Shown here piece by piece: positions 60,498-64,000 of a DNA stretch of 64,000 nt. Numbering within the stretch: the stretch's first letter is position 1; each line of letters starts with the position of its first letter. Below the pieces are notes generated by a model, which worked only from the letters and a program-made list of their open reading frames with translations, did not search any database and was not told the DNA's origin. This stretch comes from a bacterium. Its GTDB lineage: Bacteria; SAR324; XYD2-FULL-50-16; G965216635. Where the stretch lies: NCBI GenBank assembly GCA_965216635.1, contig OZ244188.1, forward strand, positions 416,001 to 480,000, in the 5' to 3' direction. The position numbers and the translations under genes were made by a program.

Positions 60498-61979
60498 TTA
60501 AGAGGAAACTAGGTAGTCGTCTAATCTTTTAATACATTTCTCTTTACCAAAAATTTCTGCTATTAGAGGAAGTTCTGGTCCGTGCTCTTGCAATGTTAAA
60601 GCAAGACGTACAGGCATCCAAAGCTCTTTTCCTTTCACAGAAGTTTGCTCTTGAGTATTTTTCATTGTTTGCTTAAAAGCCATCTCGTCCCATTTTTCTA
60701 CAGACTGAATTTGCTGAATTAAGCATTGTAAAATTTTTTGTATTTTTGCTTCTTGGGGTTGAGCTAAAGCAGTTTTTTCTTGCTGGTCTTTTTCTTGCTG
60801 GTCTTTTTCTTGCTGGTCTTTTTCCCCACTTTTTTTATCTTTGTCGTCAAAGATAGCCAAAATTTTATTGATTTCATTCAGCTGCTGAAGAGAATTTCTG
60901 GTTGCCTTTATCATTTTTTGTAGCAGAATTGTGTCAGTTGCCCTATATTTTTTGTCTAAAAAAGGATGCAATTTTTCTAATAATTCTGAGTCGCTGAGTT
61001 TTTTAAAATATTGTTGATTCATCCAGCGCATTTTTTTTATATCAAAAATAGCTCCCGATTTACTCAGTTTTTCTATAGCAAAATTTTCTATCAATTCAGT
61101 TAGAGAAAAAATCTCTTGCTTAGTGCCAGGGTTCCAACCAAGTAAAGCAATAAAGTTTAAGATACATTCGCTTAAAAAACCCTGTTTTAAATAATCACAG
61201 ACCGCCACATCACCGTTTCTTTTGCTTAGTTTTGTTCTATCTTCGGCAAGTAGCAGAGGCAAATGTATGAATTGAGGTGCTTGCCAACCCAAATTTTCGT
61301 AAATTTGCAAGTGTTTTGGCGTAGAAGGAAGCCATTCTTCACCGCGGATCACATGCGAAATTTTCATCAGGTGGTCGTCTACAACGCAAGCCAAGTGGTA
61401 AGTGGGAAAGCCATCGGATTTTAGTAATACTTGTTCGTCCAATTGAGAGGCTTTAAAAAAAACATCTCCGCGTAGTAAATCTGGCACTCGGTAGCTACCC
61501 TTAGAGTAATTAATTTTGAGCCGAACAGTGTGCTGCGTGTTTTTTTGAAGATTTTTTTGGATTTCTGCATCGCTCAATTTACGACAACTACCGTCGTACC
61601 TTGGGGCTATATTTTTTTTTTTCTGCTCTGCTCTCATTTCCTCTAGCCTCTCTGCAGAACAAAAACAACGGTAGGCTGTTTTTTTTAGCAATAATTCGTT
61701 TGCGTATTTTTGGTAAATTTCCAGTCTTTGTGATTGGACATAAGGAGCAAATTCGCCTCCTACTTCAAAAGATTCATCAAATAAAATACCCAAAGCCTTG
61801 AAACTTTCCAAAATCTCTAAATCTGTGCCTTCTTGTTTTCGGGATTGATCTGTATCTTCAATCCGAAGGATAAATTTTCCATTATTTTTTTTGGCAAAGA
61901 GATAACTAAAGAGGGCGGTTCTTAAACCTCCTATGTGTAGCGAGCCAGTGGGACTTGGGGCGAATCGGGTTCGTATCAT
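60498..61979 (-). CDS. gltX: Glutamate--tRNA ligase
   Basis: RFAPSPTG.LHIGG, RIEDTD, KLSKR motifs. Confidence 0.97.
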   Translation of the reverse strand: MIRTRFAPSPTGSLHIGGLRTALFSYLFAKKNNGKFILRIEDTDQSRKQEGTDLEILESFKALGILFDESFEVGGEFAPYVQSQRLEIYQKYANELLLKKTAYRCFCSAERLEEMRAEQKKKNIAPRYDGSCRKLSDAEIQKNLQKNTQHTVRLKINYSKGSYRVPDLLRGDVFFKASQLDEQVLLKSDGFPTYHLACVVDDHLMKISHVIRGEEWLPSTPKHLQIYENLGWQAPQFIHLPLLLAEDRTKLSKRNGDVAVCDYLKQGFLSECILNFIALLGWNPGTKQEIFSLTELIENFAIEKLSKSGAIFDIKKMRWMNQQYFKKLSDSELLEKLHPFLDKKYRATDTILLQKMIKATRNSLQQLNEINKILAIFDDKDKKSGEKDQQEKDQQEKDQQEKTALAQPQEAKIQKILQCLIQQIQSVEKWDEMAFKQTMKNTQEQTSVKGKELWMPVRLALTLQEHGPELPLIAEIFGKEKCIKRLDDYLVSS

Positions 61980-62186
61980 TAAAACTTGTATAGTAGAAAA
62001 TAAAATAAATCCTAAGAAAATAAAAAAAACGAATGCATTGCAGGGGACATTTTTTTAGCGGTAGATAAAAATGTGTCCCCGTTCTTACAGAATATGTTTG
62101 TGGGGCGGGGACGCATTTTTTGCTCCTTTGGTGGACTAAGCAACCATTTTGGAAAAAAAACATCTCCTACAGATTTTTAAAAGCCC

Positions 62187-63332
62187 TTAACGAAAGCGCC
62201 AGATGAAGTTAATATAAAAAGCAGAAGGAGATTTAACTCGGATTTCTGTGGTGGTTTTCGTCTCTTGTGCCCTCGTTCCTGTTTGGGTCTGTCTCACTAG
62301 AAATCTTCTTTCTCCAGTTGGCGGATTTTTTTTTAAGTAAGCTGCAGCCGCATTTTGCTCTTCAACTCCCATAGCCACGAAGAAGTCCTCTTGGCGAATG
62401 GCTTGTTGGTTTGCTTGTTGTTGTTGTTGCACTAGCAGCTCCGCATTCAGCAGCAGCAGATAACCTGCTTCAAATCTTAAGTTTTTCCATAGAGAACTAG
62501 AAAACAAACCCAAATGGATCGCAGGAGCTGTTTTGGATTGCTTACCAATAGGAGTATCCAGTTGCATAGAGGCAAAACCTACTCCTACCGAAAAACCATA
62601 GGGCAATAAATAGTCAGCGAGCAACACCTGACTCTGCAGTTTATTCTCGCCATCACTTAAGTCGTAATGGCTGAAAGAAAATCCCCATTTTTCCAAGTTA
62701 TAGCCGAGGTTTATACCAGAGCCAATCAATGTTTCTTCTGTTTTTGAGCCAGCAATAGGTGTTGTAGAAGCATTTTCTATGCTTTTGGAATCAAAATAAT
62801 TCTTGCACCTTGAGGCATTGGCTATTCTCTCTGCTGTAGTCGCAAAAGATATATCTCCTGTTTCATCGGGGAAATTATTAAAATTAGTGCCAGCAATACC
62901 AACAGTAAATTGCTGTATATTAAAGATAGCCCTAGAATTATTTCCTGCCTCTGCTATTTCTGCATCTCCTATAGAGTAGCCAGCAGACGAGGGAACATCA
63001 GTAATTAACTCATAGTTTCCTTTACAGAGTTCTACAATAGCGTAGACAGCTGATTTCTCTTGCTTAAAAATTTCAGGTAAATCGAGTCCAAAAGTAGCGT
63101 CGTATTCAATATTTGATATAGTGGTTCTATCAACTTCTGCTCTCTTGACTTCTTTTGTCAATGTAGCCCCCATTACATAGGGAGAAACGCCTACATAAAA
63201 ACCCATTTTTCTGGGCTCTTCTGTATCCTGTGCCCGCAGACTGTCTGCTCCCTGCATAAAAAAGAAAAATGCCGCTATAAATATTATAAGAGGCAAAACA
63301 ACCACCTTCAATCTTATATTTGATTTTTTCAT
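62187..63332 (-). CDS. Beta-barrel outer-membrane protein, distant paralog of the 25.6-29.5 kb array
   Basis: GVSPY..GA, NKL.SQ..L.DY.LPYG, K.APA.HLG, EAG.L, P...FY..F.WRF blocks shared with the array. Confidence 0.75.
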   Translation of the reverse strand: MKKSNIRLKVVVLPLIIFIAAFFFFMQGADSLRAQDTEEPRKMGFYVGVSPYVMGATLTKEVKRAEVDRTTISNIEYDATFGLDLPEIFKQEKSAVYAIVELCKGNYELITDVPSSAGYSIGDAEIAEAGNNSRAIFNIQQFTVGIAGTNFNNFPDETGDISFATTAERIANASRCKNYFDSKSIENASTTPIAGSKTEETLIGSGINLGYNLEKWGFSFSHYDLSDGENKLQSQVLLADYLLPYGFSVGVGFASMQLDTPIGKQSKTAPAIHLGLFSSSLWKNLRFEAGYLLLLNAELLVQQQQQANQQAIRQEDFFVAMGVEEQNAAAAYLKKNPPTGERRFLVRQTQTGTRAQETKTTTEIRVKSPSAFYINFIWRFR

Positions 63333-63597
63333 TATAAATTTTAATTAAATTAAGAAGCCAAAGGCTAAATCAGGTTCAAAACAAACCCTTATTAAGATAA
63401 CTATAGCAAAAAAGAAAATAAATAAATCTTTTTTTTTTTTGCTCTCTTTTTGGCTATATTATAAGTATAGCAGAAAAGAAAACAAGTCAATCTTTATTTG
63501 GCTGTCTTATTTGGCTATATTATATATAGCAGAAAAAAAAAACAAGTCAAGGGTTGTTAGAATAAAAATTCTCTTTTTCTGCTTCTGTTTTTTTGCT

Positions 63598-63715
63598 AGA
63601 TTGATTCTGCTCTGATTGATTCTGCTCCGATTGATTCTGCTCTGATTGATTCTGTTACGATTGATTCTGCTCCAATTGATTCTGCTCCGATTGATTCTGG
63701 CTAGATTGATTCTGG
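63598..63715. repeat. 15-bp VNTR (GATTGATTCTGCTCY, about 8 copies)
   Basis: Direct tandem repeats without unique spacers. Confidence 0.9.
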
Positions 63716-63733
63716 ATTAAACGGATAAGTAGC

Positions 63734-63896
63734 TTTTCAAATTTTTCATTAGATTTTTCAAATTTTTCATTAGATTTTTCAAATTTTTCATTACTAATTC
63801 TTTGATTTTCATCTAGTTTAGCAAGGACTTTCTCAAACTTCTCAGTACTAATTCTTTGATTTTCATCTAGTTTAGCAAGGACTTTCTCAAACTTTT
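63734..63896. repeat. 21-bp x3 and about 54-bp x2 tandem repeats
   Basis: TTTTCAAATTTTTCATTAGAT x3; TACTAATTCTTTGATTTTCATCTAGTTTAGCAAGGACTTTCTCAAACTT x2. Confidence 0.85.
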
Positions 63897-64000
63897 TATC
63901 GCTACTTTCTTGAAATTTTTCTGATAGTTTTATAAAACTTCTTACTTCAAAACCAAAAGTTAGTAGTGCTGATATAATTACAATAAAGATCCAATTTTCT

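Noticed and set aside
63598..63896. Repeat cluster as a CRISPR array or iterons
   Set aside because: Repeats are head-to-tail with no unique spacers, and there is no cas or rep gene; simple VNTRs

Overview
AT-rich chromosomal window of a Gram-negative bacterium; the lineage cannot be assigned from sequence alone. Housekeeping genes (uvrA, gabD, engB, znuBC, nadE, alr, priA, eno, rsmA, era, hisFH, uppS-cdsA-dxr-rseP, gltX) are interrupted by two defence islands. Island 1 (about 3.4-15.1 kb) holds an HTH/PD-(D/E)XK nuclease, a putative type II R-M pair, and a complete St85/Sen2-like retron (msr-msd ncRNA, NDT-like effector, RT) whose msd is unusually long and branched. It also holds a RadC-N/methyltransferase fusion with a partner nuclease and a type IIG-like R-M enzyme. 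Island 2 (about 31-43.3 kb) holds mazE with a broken mazF, a SAM methyltransferase, an orphan small-RNA unit, type III R-M, Sir2-HerA, Fic, and hicB with a broken hicA. A MunI-like R-M pair lies between priA and eno. Modules in both islands are delimited by short duplicated junction sequences. A mosaic tandem array of three beta-barrel surface-protein genes with hypervariable loops has two further relatives elsewhere in the window. There are also two families of about 140-bp palindromic MITE-like repeats and many in-frame micro-duplications in core genes. No tRNA, rRNA, CRISPR array, integrase or transposase was recognised.
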